Shown here one piece after another: positions 36,873 through 47,936 of a DNA stretch of 64,000 bases (position 1 is its first letter; each line of letters opens with the position of its first letter). This stretch comes from Protoeuglena noctilucae (Eukaryota), in assembly GCA_958009085.1 (NCBI GenBank), contig OY253684.1, forward strand, positions 682,001 through 746,000, read 5' to 3'. Under the pieces are notes generated by a model. It was given only the letters and a program-made list of their open reading frames with translations, did not search any database and was not told the origin of the DNA. The position numbers and the translations under genes are program-made.

Positions 36873-38465
36873 TTACAGGTCGACCACCGAAAGGTCCATC
36901 CGCGCCCTCCAGCTCTCCCCGGGCTTGACCTCGACCGGCTTGTCGCACACGCCGCGCTCGACGCAGCAGAACTCCTTGTAGCAAGCCTCCATGGCAGTCC
37001 ACGGGCTCCACACCACCACGTCCTTCCACCCGTCGCTCGAGATGGCCACCGCCGCGCCCGTCCCGACGTCCCTGCATGCAGAACGTAGACATGGATTGCA
37101 TGCAGGCGCATGCATGCGAGTCTGCATGCCTTGGCTGCTTCGTAGGCACTCACAGCTCCACCTGGTCCCCAGCATTCAGGTACACTGAGTCCTGTGGTAC
37201 AACGGCAAGGGAGTGTGTTTTGTAACTTCATCGGCTGCTTCAGGGCATCATCTGAACCTAAACAAGCCTCGCCATCTGCACACCAGGGACAGAGACCCAC
37301 ACGACTAGCAGAGGTCGCGTGAGTGCCTGACGCTGTCACCTTGGGGCCAGAGAACGTGATCTTGTCAGCGGTCTCGGTCTTCTTCGCCGGGTTCTTCGGG
37401 TCCGCGACCTTGTCCAGGTAGGACAACCCCTTGAGGCCCCGCACGGCGGCCTTGGTGATGTCGGCCACCTCGAAGTAGCTGTGGAGCGCAGCCGTGAAGG
37501 TGAAGGGCTTGGTGTCCTCGTTGATCACACGGAAGTCCGTCTTGAGCGTCTCCCCGTGCAGGGTCTGCGAGAAGAGGGGCACGCGGTGGTTGCCTGCTCT
37601 TGCGCGGGGCGGCCCAAAACTCGCCAAATCGACCACGCAAGGAAGGCAGGTGCAACCACCGGCTGCCAGCCGTGCTAACTGCAGTTCTGACAGTGCTGCC
37701 ATACCCAGGCACCCTGGGCGACGCCATATGGTGAGGCCCCACGTTCTGCTCACCACCGTGTACACGGCCCGGAACTTGAAGGGCCACATCTTGGTCGTGT
37801 AGTCATTGGGCGTGAGCACCAGCTCGACCTCGGGGTCGCGCTCGTCGGGCTGCACGTCCGCCGACGTGCTGCCGATCGCCCAGTCGAGGTTGCGGGCGAA
37901 GCCGTGCTGCTGCATGGCGCCCGGGCCGAACTGAGGGAAGCAGTGCGGGATGCCGCCCGAGATGGGCTTGCTCTTGTCAAAGACGGCGTCAGGACGCACG
38001 TAGAGCACCTCCGAGCCGTTGGCCTGCTTCCAGGAGATGACGCAGCCGCCGAACAGGTAGACGTCCGCCGACGCGCCGCACGAGTGGGTGAGGCGCACCA
38101 TGGGGAGGCCGCCGCGGCCCTCCATGATCTGTACATGATCCTTGATGCCGAACTTCTTGTTCAGCTCCGCCACGTCCGTCGTCGTCGCCTGCGCGAGGAC
38201 GGCACGCCTGCAGGAGGCCACGCATATTTGGCATTGGATCTCGCTCCTTGGCGTCCGATCGCCGGCGCCACTGTGTCCATGGGCATGAGCAAAGCAACAG
38301 CGAGGAAGTGCGACCCGATCGCGAGGCCAGTCACCCGCCCTGCGTGTGCACAAAAGCAGATCGTCCCGCGCTCCGCCTCAGAGCGATGGCCGGCCTGCAG
38401 GGCGCTGCGCCCCGCTGCACGCTCAGCGTGCGCTGGCATGCGATACCCGCGGGAACCGCGATCAT
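36873..38465 (-). CDS. Glucose-6-phosphate 1-epimerase / aldose 1-epimerase family, probably plastid-targeted
   Basis: GRGGLPMVRL...VYLFGGCVISWK...KPISGGIPHCFPQFGPG..QQHGFARNLDW...FTAALHSYF...DVVVWSPW...FCCVE; transit-like exon 1 MIAVPAGIACQRTLSVQRGAAPCR. Confidence 0.92.
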
Positions 38466-38825
38466 CTTATCCACTCCCTGCGACGGGGACGAGTCGCTGA
38501 TCAACGCCTTGCGATCAGCACCTTGCGCGCAGGCCAATCCATGCCGAGGCCTGGTGCCAGCAGCATCAATTGATCCATCGCATCCTTCATGTGGCTTGAG
38601 AGTCGTGTTCCGTGGGCCAATGGCCGAGAACAAGCAAGCGACACCTGTGCACTGGGCCCCGCGTGACCCCAGACGACCAATTCGCCACGCCGACGCCGAC
38701 TTCGTAGTGAGAGTGGACATGAGCCACCGCAGACCCGCATGCACGCTTCCAACGGTGCATCGCTGTGCCGCACAATTGCGCGTCGGGACACCGAGCAGAA
38801 GACGGGCTCCACCCGTGGGAGGGGC

Positions 38826-38856
38826 CACGAAGAGCAAAAAGTTCTTGCTCTTCGTG
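38826..38856. repeat. Perfect 12-bp inverted repeat with 7-nt loop in a divergent intergenic region
   Basis: CACGAAGAGCAA-AAAGTTC-TTGCTCTTCGTG. Confidence 0.7.
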
Positions 38857-38981
38857 CTGAAAGAAAAGATGCCAAGCATTGTGGCATTGGCCACGCAGCT
38901 CAGAGCTGGGAGCATAGCTTACACGGCAAAATGGACCACAGAGTCCTTGGCGCACATGTGTGTGCGAGTCTCGCGCCACAC

Positions 38982-41900
38982 ATGGCGAGGCGGGCATGGC
39001 GTGGGGTGACGAGCGCCCCAGGGTTGCTGTCCGGGCTGCCTTGGCGCCCTAAGGCCGTGGGCCCCCCCCGCGCCGCGTCTTCTTACCGGCGCTCGGCGCC
39101 CGTGCGATATCGGCGTGACAGCGAGCGTACGGAATCGGGCAGCAGGGCCAGGGAGGGGGGAAACGGCTCGTCGACGGCGGAAGGGTGCGTGCAAGGGCTG
39201 CGTGCATGGGCGACAGCTCCCCGCCGTCCTCCTAGCCGCGGGAGCACGAACGCGGTTTCAAATCGTGAAAGAAGGACTCGATTTCAATGTTCAGGTGAAC
39301 GATTCCCGCGTGCCGTCTTTCGTCCCACCGCTAACGGCCCTCGTACTTTGCGCAGGAGACAGTTGGAGGAGAAACAGTCGGTGTTGGGAGTCGGGACCCA
39401 CCGAGCGGCGAGGAAGCGCGATGTCATCGAGGAGGATAGCGGCGCGACCTTTGGAGTCACGAGCAGGTGCACGGGGCTGCGTATGACGGGGCGCTCCGTG
39501 GCGCGGTGGTCGCCGCAGAGGTGAGCTCACCTCTGCGCCGTGGTCGCCTGCGACCAACCGCACTTCTTCCGTCCCGCAGCGATCTGCAATTCATCTGCTC
39601 TCGCCGAGGGAAGGACGAGGTGTACGCGTGCGGGGTGGCGGGGTCCAAGGAGCAGCTGGCGGCGCAGCTTGGGTCGTGCCTCACGTCTGGCATCCCCCAC
39701 GAGGACCCGGACGACATGAAGAGGCGCTGCGATGCTTTCGGAACGAACACTCTGCCAGAGAAGGAGGCCCTCACTTTCTGGCAGGCGCTTGCGGAGGCGT
39801 ACGACGACTTTACGCTCCAGACCCTCACGGCAGCGGGCATCGCCAGCATCGCCATCGAGCGCGCGAGCAACCCGGGCGCTCACCTCCAGGATTACATGGA
39901 GGGCCTCGCCATCCTGGGTGCCGTGGTTGTGGTGAGTAAACCCACGCTCATGCACCTGGACCCGTGTGTCCGTGTAGGCCTAGCGACATCAAGCCCCGGT
40001 CCGCCCCATCCCGCAGTGCGTGGTGGTGGTGGCGGTGAACAACTATCAGAAAGAATCTCAGTTCCGCGCCCTCAACGCGGCTGTGTCGGACCGCCCCGTC
40101 TGCGTGGTGCGGGGAGGCGAGCCTCGGGAGGTCTCGTCCACCGCGGTCGTCCCAGGCGACATCCTCTTAGTCGATGCAGGTGAGTGTCGCAGCAGCTGAG
40201 ACTCGGGCCTTCCTTCGCCGTTGCCAGTTGCTCGTTCAAGCTACCACACCGTTCAAGGCAACGCGTGACGCCTATTGTTGCCCCAGGGGACATCATGGTG
40301 GCGGATGGGGTGCTCGTGGCCGGGTCGGATGTGCGGGTGGACGAGTCGCACTTGACGGGGGAGAGCGAGGACGTGGCAAAGGACACCAAGGATCACCCGC
40401 TGATGCTGAGCGGGTCACGGGTCATGCACGGCAGCGGCAGGGTCCTGGTGCTGGCGGTGGGGTGCTCCTCCCAGCAGGGCCAGATATCGGAGCTCGTGCA
40501 GGGGAATGGCGCCCTCGACGCCCCCAAGAAGCGCTCGCACCTTGGCGAGTCCCTGGAAACCCTGGCGCGCCAGATCGGCACGGCGGGGGTCGTTGCAGCC
40601 GCCTTCTGCTTCGTCTTCCTGGCGGGGCGCGTGCTGATCGACGCGTCGGTCGCGGGGACTCCCTTACTACAGGTGGGTTCGTGGGACACGCCTGGGGTGG
40701 CGTTGAGAAGCAGCGACGAGGTCCGCTGCGACCGCTTCATAAACGCCGTGCACGCAGCCGTCTGTGCTTCACGAGCTGATGGAGGCTGTCATCATCGCCA
40801 TCACCATCCTCGTCGTGGCCATTCCGGAGGGGTTGCCACTCGGTGAGCACCGCAAGTGTGCGATGAGCGCCGCCAGCGTGCCCGCAGCACACATCCCCGC
40901 ATTCGACTGCTCCACGTGCCTGACCCCCCCATGCGCACCTGCCCTTTCGCAGCCGTCACGCTGGCGCTGGCTTACAGCGTCAAGCGGATGCTGGCAGATA
41001 ACAACCTGGTCCGACACCTGGACGCTTGTGAGACGATGGGGTGCGCCACGACCATTTGCTCGGACAAGACCGGCACGCTCACGACGAACCGGCAGACGGT
41101 CGTGCGGCTCTGGACCTCCCGTGGGGAGCATGCCATTCCAGCCTCTATGTCGGCCCCTCTCCCCCGTGACATGGACCCGGCCCAGTACAGCCCCGACCGC
41201 CATGTGCCCTCGTCTCCAGCCTCATCCCGCCACGCAGGCCCAGCGCCGGTCGTGGGGCTCCGCAGGCTGGTCGGCCCCGGGCGCACCCGCGCCCACCCCA
41301 TCGCCGCTGCAGCGGTCGAGGGAGGGGCGCTGCACACAGAGCCACTGCCGGGGCGGCCGGCGTGGGCGTCGGCGGCGCAGCGCTACGGCCTCGTCCCGAC
41401 CCTGCTCGCCTTGGCCGATGCCGGCGGCGGCCCTGAGGTTGGCGGCACTTCAGGGAGCGCAGCTGGTGCGGGTGCTGCCCCCGAGTTCCTTTCCCGGAGA
41501 GAGGGTTTGGACCCCGACCAGCTGGTGCTGGACGTGGCGTGCCAAGCCGTGATGCTCAACTCCACGGCGGTGGACCAGTTCGACAAGGCGGCCGGGAGGC
41601 GCAAGTTCTCTGGGACGAGGACCGAGGTGGCGCTCCTCAAGCTGGCACGGGGCTGCGGCTGGGGCTTCGACGCGCTGCGGGACGCGCACCGGGAGTTGCG
41701 TGTGCTGCCCTTCAGCAGCGCGCGCAAGCGTATGACGACGGTGGTGTCGGGGGCGCTCAGGGGCGGGCGCGGGGACCCGGGGCGCGCCGTGGTGCTCTGC
41801 AAGGGGGCCGCGGAGGTGGTGCTCGACAAGTGCGACCGCGTGCTGCTGCCGGGGGGCGCCGCGTGGCCTCTGGATGCGGAGACCAAGGCGAGGCTGCTGT

Positions 41901-43486
41901 CGCAGTCGTGCCGCAGCCACCTGCGCGTGCTGGCAGTGGCATTCAAGGTCCAGGACACGTCTCGCGCGACGGAGGACTCTGAAGATGAGCTCGAGTCCGG
42001 CCTGACGTTCGTGCTGTTGGCGGGCATCGAGGACCCCGTGAGGGAGGCGGTGCCGGGGGCCATCGAGCGGTGCCAGCGGGCGGGCATCGTGGTGCGGATG
42101 CTGACGGGCGACAACGCCATCACAGCCGCCAACATCGCAAGGCAGTGCGGGATCCTGCGGGAGGGCGACGTCGCGCAGCTGGGCCAGACCTCGTCGAGCG
42201 GCCGCGACGACCCTGAGGGCCCTGAGGGTGCGGGTATGCCTTCCGTTGTGACGCCGGAGGGCGTGCAGGCGCTCCAGGCGGCTGGGGTCGTCGTGGAGGG
42301 GCAGAAGTTTCGGGAGACGGTGCTGCGGCCGGTGAGAGATGAGATGGGACGGTGCTCGTGTAGCGCGTGTAATGGTGATGGTCGAGGGAAGCCCGGCCCC
42401 TCGCCGCGGCTCCGCAGGACGGCAGCGTGGACTGGCCCGCGTTTCTGGAGCTGTGGCCGAGCCTGCGCGTGATGGCGCGGTGCACGCCGCAGGACAAGCA
42501 CCTCTTGGTGACGTGCGTGCGGGCGATGGAGGAGCGCGGGGGGCTCAAGGAGGTGGTGGCGGTGACGGGCGACGGCACCAACGACGCGCCCGCGCTGCGC
42601 ACGGCCGACGTGGGCTTCGCGATGAACAGCGGCACGGCCATCGCCAAGGACGCCTCGGACATCGTGCTTCTGAACGACGACTTCCAGAGCATCGTGAGTG
42701 CGACCAAGTGGGGCCGCAACGTCTTCATCTCCGTGCGCAAGTTCCTCCAGTTCCAGCTCACGGTCAACCTGGTGGCCATCCTCACGGCCACCGTCAGCGC
42801 CGTGGCGCTGCAGACGAGCCCCCTCTCCGCCGTCCAGATGCTCTGGGTCAACCTCATCATGGACTCACTGGCATCGCTGGTGAGAGGCACTGTGCGCGCC
42901 CTTACACTGTGCGCTCCCTGTAGCTGGCGCGTCGTGGCCAACTGAATGCCACCCGGGGCTCGTGTGACGTGGGCCGCAGGCGCTGGCAACGGACGAGCCC
43001 ACGGAAGAGGTCCTCGAGCAACCGCCGTTCAGTGTCTCGGAGCCCATGGTCACGCCGGACGTGGCGAAAGGGATCCTCGGCAAGGGCCTGTACCAGCTCG
43101 CCGTCATGTACGCTCTGGTGTTCCAGGCCCCCACGGTGCTGGGCCTGGCCGAGGGCGACATCGGCAGCGTCCTGCACTGGACGATGGTCTTCAACGCCTT
43201 CGTCGTCATGCAGCTGTTCAACCAGGTCAACTGCCAGATGGGCGCGGGCGTGCGGTCGCAGGAGGACGTCCTGCGCAGCCTGACGGGGAACGGGACGTTC
43301 CTGGCCGTCGTCGGGGCCGAGCTCGCGCTGCAAGCAGGAATTGTGCAGTTCGGCGGGGCGTTGTTTCAGACGCAGCCGCTGTCGCCCCAGCAGTGGGCGG
43401 TGTGCTTTGGCTTCGGCGCGCTCTCGATGGCGCTGGCGCAGGCGCTGCGACCCTTGCGCGCCCCGGCGTGGCTGCGGTTCGGGTAG
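38982..43486 (+). CDS. P2B-type Ca2+-transporting ATPase (ACA/PMCA-like)
   Basis: VDESHLTGES, VVAIPEGLPLAVTLALAY, ACETMGCATTICSDKTGTLT, PFSSARKRM, KGAAE, MLTGDN, VAVTGDGTNDAPAL, RKFLQFQLTVN, QMLWVNLIMD; start approximate. Confidence 0.95.
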
Positions 43487-43894
43487 GCGCGTAGGCGGCG
43501 TGCGGGCGCGACCGGCGCGATGCTCGGAGCTTGAAGTGACGGACCACGAGCGCGTCCAGCGGCTGGAAGCCGATGAAAGTTGCGTGTTTCACTGGCACGC
43601 GGGGCGGGCGCCGGGGCGCGCTTCAAAGAGGACGGCACGCGAGCCGGGCCGGGCCCTCTGTACCATCTTTTTTCTTCGCCCCCCACCCCCCCACCCCCCC
43701 CGGCTGAGGAGAAGAGGTGAGGGACGGCGCGGAGGTGGCGAGGGGCGGGCGCAACGACGGCCTGGCTGCGTCGCGCGGCCCTGCGACGGCCCGAGCGATC
43801 CGCACTGTCGCTATCTCGTCGCCGTATCACGGGGCGAGTCCTGCCGCGGCTCGAGCGCACGGAGCGAGCCGAAATCGGTCCCTTCTGCCCGCAG

Positions 43895-44114
43895 ATGCGT
43901 CCGAAGTGGCGCAAGAAGCGGATGCGGCGGCTGAAGCGCCGCAGGTGAGTGTCGCGCAGCGCTCTCGGCGCTGGGGGCGCGCGGAGCGGACGGTCAGTTG
44001 CCCACAGTCTCGGGGCCTCGGCGGAGCGCCTGCGACACTGCCCGGCCATCCGGGAGGCTCACTGATGTCCTTCCCATGCCACGCAGGAGGCGGATGCGGC
44101 AGCGGTCCAAATAA
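43895..44114 (+). CDS. RPL41: 60S ribosomal protein eL41 (25 aa; exons 43895-43944, 44087-44114)
   Basis: Spliced MRPKWRKKRMRRLKRRRRRMRQRSK*; a probable 5'UTR intron (43717-43894) ends directly before the ATG. Confidence 0.95.
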
Positions 44115-44705
44115 GGCCGTGAGCGCCGCGTGGGGGTGACGGCTGTTCCAGGTCAGTCGGCTGGCCGGAGACTGCGCCCGCCCGCCGTGGCCTTGGGTCA
44201 CTCAATGCGTCTACTTGCCGGCTGCGATGCGTTGGGGTCCCTCGTGGCGCGACCAGCCGGGGACGGCGGTCGGCTTGCCGAGTGCTCCTATGTGTTGGAC
44301 CCGATGCGTCGATGGGTGATGCCAACCGATCCTTGTGCCTCCCAGGTGTGCGGCGCGGTGCCTGGCGGCCTGGGGAGCGGACGGGGAGGGCGACCTCCCG
44401 GCAGTCTGCGCGGTGGGAGGGCGGCAGGCGGGCGGAGGGGGCAGGCGCGAGTGCCGGTCGGTTGACATTGGCGGCAAGAGCGCTTGCTCTCATCGCGCGC
44501 TTTGAAGCCCGCGTTTTAGCCCCGCTAACCGCGCGAAGGGGACGACGATTCACGCCCGCCCGTCGCTAGCAGCCCTACCCCCGTCTGCTGCTCGCCTACG
44601 CATCACCGCTATCGTGCGGCAGAGACACCTGTACATGCGCGGCGTTTGGGCTGCTAAGGCTACCTACACGTGCATGGCAGCGTCTACCTACTCGCTCACG
44701 CAGCT

Positions 44706-45366
44706 CTACAAGAGCGAGAGCCCGTTGTTCCGGATGCTGTCAATGAGGGAGCCCACCCTGCAAGAAAGGAGCACGGCATGGGACTACTGCTCTTCGCCTG
44801 GCCACCAGCTGTCCTTGCGATGCCGCAGCGCCGCGGTCGGCTAGCATCTACCTCACTCACCTCTCGTGGTAGTAAGACTGACCCGGCCTCAATCGCACCT
44901 CCACACCAGCAATGCCCCTTTCTCGCGCACGCTCCGCCACCAGCTGGCCCAAGAACGCCGAGGCCTCCCTGCAAACACGTCAGGAGAAGCAGTGGGACCG
45001 AGTTAGGCGTGGCAGAGCGTCGTCGCGCAGCACCACATTCGTATCATTGCTAATGATCCCGCCGCCGCTCGTCGCTTTGCGCCCGGGCGGCGAAAGCACC
45101 CCACCTCGTGCCCGTCGACTTCCCCTGCTCTTTCAGCGCGTCCCTCACGGATTTCTCGATAGAAGACGCCGAGAAAACCACCCGATTCTCCTCCTGCGAT
45201 CCCGGGGACCCGCGACAGTTCTCATCGACGACGCAGGGGCCCGTCATCACCGTAGCGCTCGCGCACGCCCCTGGGCTCGACGCCACACCTGGCTGAAGAC
45301 CTGCGCGTACGTGTACTTGTTCGACGTGCGTATTTGCAAGTAATGGGCGCGGATACGCCACCGCAT
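44706..45366 (-). CDS. Organellar ribosomal protein uL18-like (108 aa; exons 45366-45289, 45193-45105, 44968-44861, 44757-44706)
   Basis: MRWRIRAHYLQIRTSNKYTYAQVFSQ|EENRVVFSASSIEKSVRDAL...GTR|EASAFLGQLVAERARERGIAGVEVRLRPGQSYYHER|VGSLIDSIRNNGLSLL*. Confidence 0.88.
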
Positions 45367-45620
45367 GGGCCCTCCACTGCTGAGTGGCTGGGTGTCCGGT
45401 GCAACCAGCAGCTATGATGGCTTGATTCTCAGGATCTGTTCAACCCAGCGGTGAGATAACGAGGTGACACGAGGCGGTGCACGGCCGCCCTATCAAACGA
45501 AATGCAGAGTTTCAGTCACTGGCACAGCCGCAGCGCACGGGAGCTACATGGGCGACGCGGTAGCTGCTTAGAAAACTGCCCCCTACCCCTTCCCGTTGCG
45601 GTGCCCAGCCCACCCCAGCG

Positions 45621-47624
45621 TTACTCCTCGCTGTCCCGCGGTGCCGTCACGCCCGCGAGCCCCGCGTCGGCCGTCGCCGCAGCCAACTCCTGCGCCACGC
45701 TGTTGCTGGCCACCAGCTCGTCGATGTTGTCCGCAATGCCCGCAGCGATGGTCTCCAGTGGCAAGATGCTGTACGGCTCCTCGATCTGGGGGCGCAGACT
45801 TGCAGAGGGCATCTTGTGTGGACGCTCCACGCTGCGCAGGGGCGCCGACGCTTGGCGCGACCAGTCACACCCTGTGCCGCACCTGCACCCCGATCTCGTC
45901 GATCCCAAGGAGGAAGAATGCCAGAATGAACGTCGCTGGGACCGTGCCCCATCCGAGGCTGGCCCAGAGGCTGGGGGCAGGTAAACACCAACGAGTCGCA
46001 ACGACGGGGCAGAGCATGGGGTGGCGCTGACTGGCGCATGGGAGCCGCCTGGCACGGCGGCGACTCACCCGAAAGGCAAGAAGAAGAGCCAGGAGGTGAT
46101 GAAGCGGCTGATGTGGTGCGTGCAGAAGAGCGGGACAGGTGTCTTGAGGATCTGCGGGAGGTGATGACCCGAGTTGACCTTCATGGCCTCCAGTACATAT
46201 CGCATCGCAGACAGCAGCACCCCTCGCGGGCTTGCGCTACGCACCCGCTCCATCCCACCCATCATGTCCTCCAGGCACGTCAGGTTGGACTCCATATGCA
46301 CGCGGATCATCGGGTCGAGCTTGGCCCTGGCGAGGCAGCTCGCGAGCACCTGCACGGCCGCCGTTAGGGACATCTGTCAAAACGTGCATGGGTCGGGTGC
46401 GACCAACCCAGGCCAGTGGAAAGCCATCCACCGGTGAGCTCGCCTGGAGAATGAAGTTTGGGTGGTGCTTGGCCGCGAGCACTGCGTCCAGCTCTCGTGG
46501 CGTGAGGCCGGCGCGCGCGAGCTTGGGCTTGAGCGTGGGGTCGTCGCGGAGGTGGCACTTGAGGGCGATGGGGAAAACCTTGGTCCACTTGACAGTCACC
46601 GCGGCCATATCAGGGTCCATGTACGCGAGCGACATGCGCACGATATCTCGGGAGCGGTTGACGACCTTGCCCCACTGGGCCCGTGCTTCCCACCAGCGAG
46701 AGTAGCTCGAGTTCGTCCGGAAGACGAGAAGCAGGGACAGCGCGAAGGATGTCAGTGTGAAGGGGGCCAGGGTGAGGTAGGGCGGAGGCGGGAGCCGGGG
46801 AAAGTAGAAGCGCTGGACGTCGTGGTAGGCGACCACTGCCGCAGAGAGGATCGTGAAGAACAGACACGGCCCCGCCAGGGAGCGCACGATCCCCGACCGG
46901 AGCATCGAGTAGATGTGGCGGCCGTAACGGGCGATCGAGCGATGCTCGACCCAGTCGTGGCAGGTGAAGCTGGTGCGTCTGCGAAGGCACAGGCGCAGAG
47001 ATCGACATGGATACACCCCCTCGCTACCCGCGCCACGCACTCACATCATCGGCGACGTGGGCGGGTGAGCGAGACATTGCTCGCTCATTGCCGCTGAAAG
47101 GCATGCAAGAGAGTGCAGCGCGCGCGCTCTTCTCAGACACCTGTACATGCGCATGCGGTCCCAAACATCCTGCTTCGTCCTGCCCGCCGGAGGCGGGGCG
47201 TCGAAGCCGAGGTCCGAGTTTGCCTGCGGAAGACTTGGTCCTGGCTGTCCCTCCTCGGCATCTACCGAAAGCCGCACACCCGATCTGTAGCCACGCCAGG
47301 ACGCCTGGGGCACCAGCACGCGGGCATGCGACCAGTCCTGCAAGGACGCCAAGGCGGTTGCTGGATACGCTCCGATGGCCGCATCCGACCGACCGTGCAT
47401 GTTGAGATGATTTACGAGATGCTGCAGCCGTCCCTCACCACCGATTTTCGTGCCGCAGAGCTCGGGGCATGCTTCCGTGACGAGAAAGTCCCATTGCGGC
47501 CGTTCCTCGCGTCCGCGAAAGTCAGTGACCTTTCCCTGGTGCTGGATCCCTCGCTTTCAGACTCATCGTCCGCAAAGTGAGGCCGCAAGGGTTCCGCGAG
47601 GCCTGCGGCGGCCGCGGTCGCCAT
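45621..47624 (-). CDS. Bestrophin-like anion channel (VCCN1/BST/UPF0187 family)
   Basis: FTCHDWVEHRSIARYGRH, PFTLTSFALSLLLVFRTNSSYSRWWEARAQWG, ERILKTPVP, FFLLGIDEIGVQIEEPYSILPL; start uncertain. Confidence 0.9.
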
Positions 47625-47936
47625 CGCAGTGTCACGAGATCTGTTGCAGCCCCCCGTCCGCGCCAAGCCACGTCTTCCCACAGCAGCTATCGCGAAGCAA
47701 TGAAATCCAAAGGAGCGGGTTTTTGGCAAGTGAGGGCAGGCGCATACTGGCACGCCGACTCGCACTGCGTCCAAACGATTGCGACGTAGGTACACCGGCG
47801 AGCGTTGTACGATCCGCTACGGCACGGCCGAGCTGTCGGTGTCCGAAGCCGCTCACGCGTCGCCTCAAAGCTTTAAAAGGTCAACAGCGGCAGCAGGCGG
47901 GCATGGCTCTGACCCCCAAGCGCAGGCAGCAAGGCG

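Noticed and set aside
36615..36877. Possible bicistronic epimerase-NLR transcript (258-nt gap)
   Set aside because: A TGTAA signal overlaps the epimerase stop, which favours independent 3' end formation.
45050..45361. 103-aa ORF considered as an extra last exon of the bestrophin
   Set aside because: Splice phases do not fit; the region is explained by exons 1-2 of the uL18-like gene.
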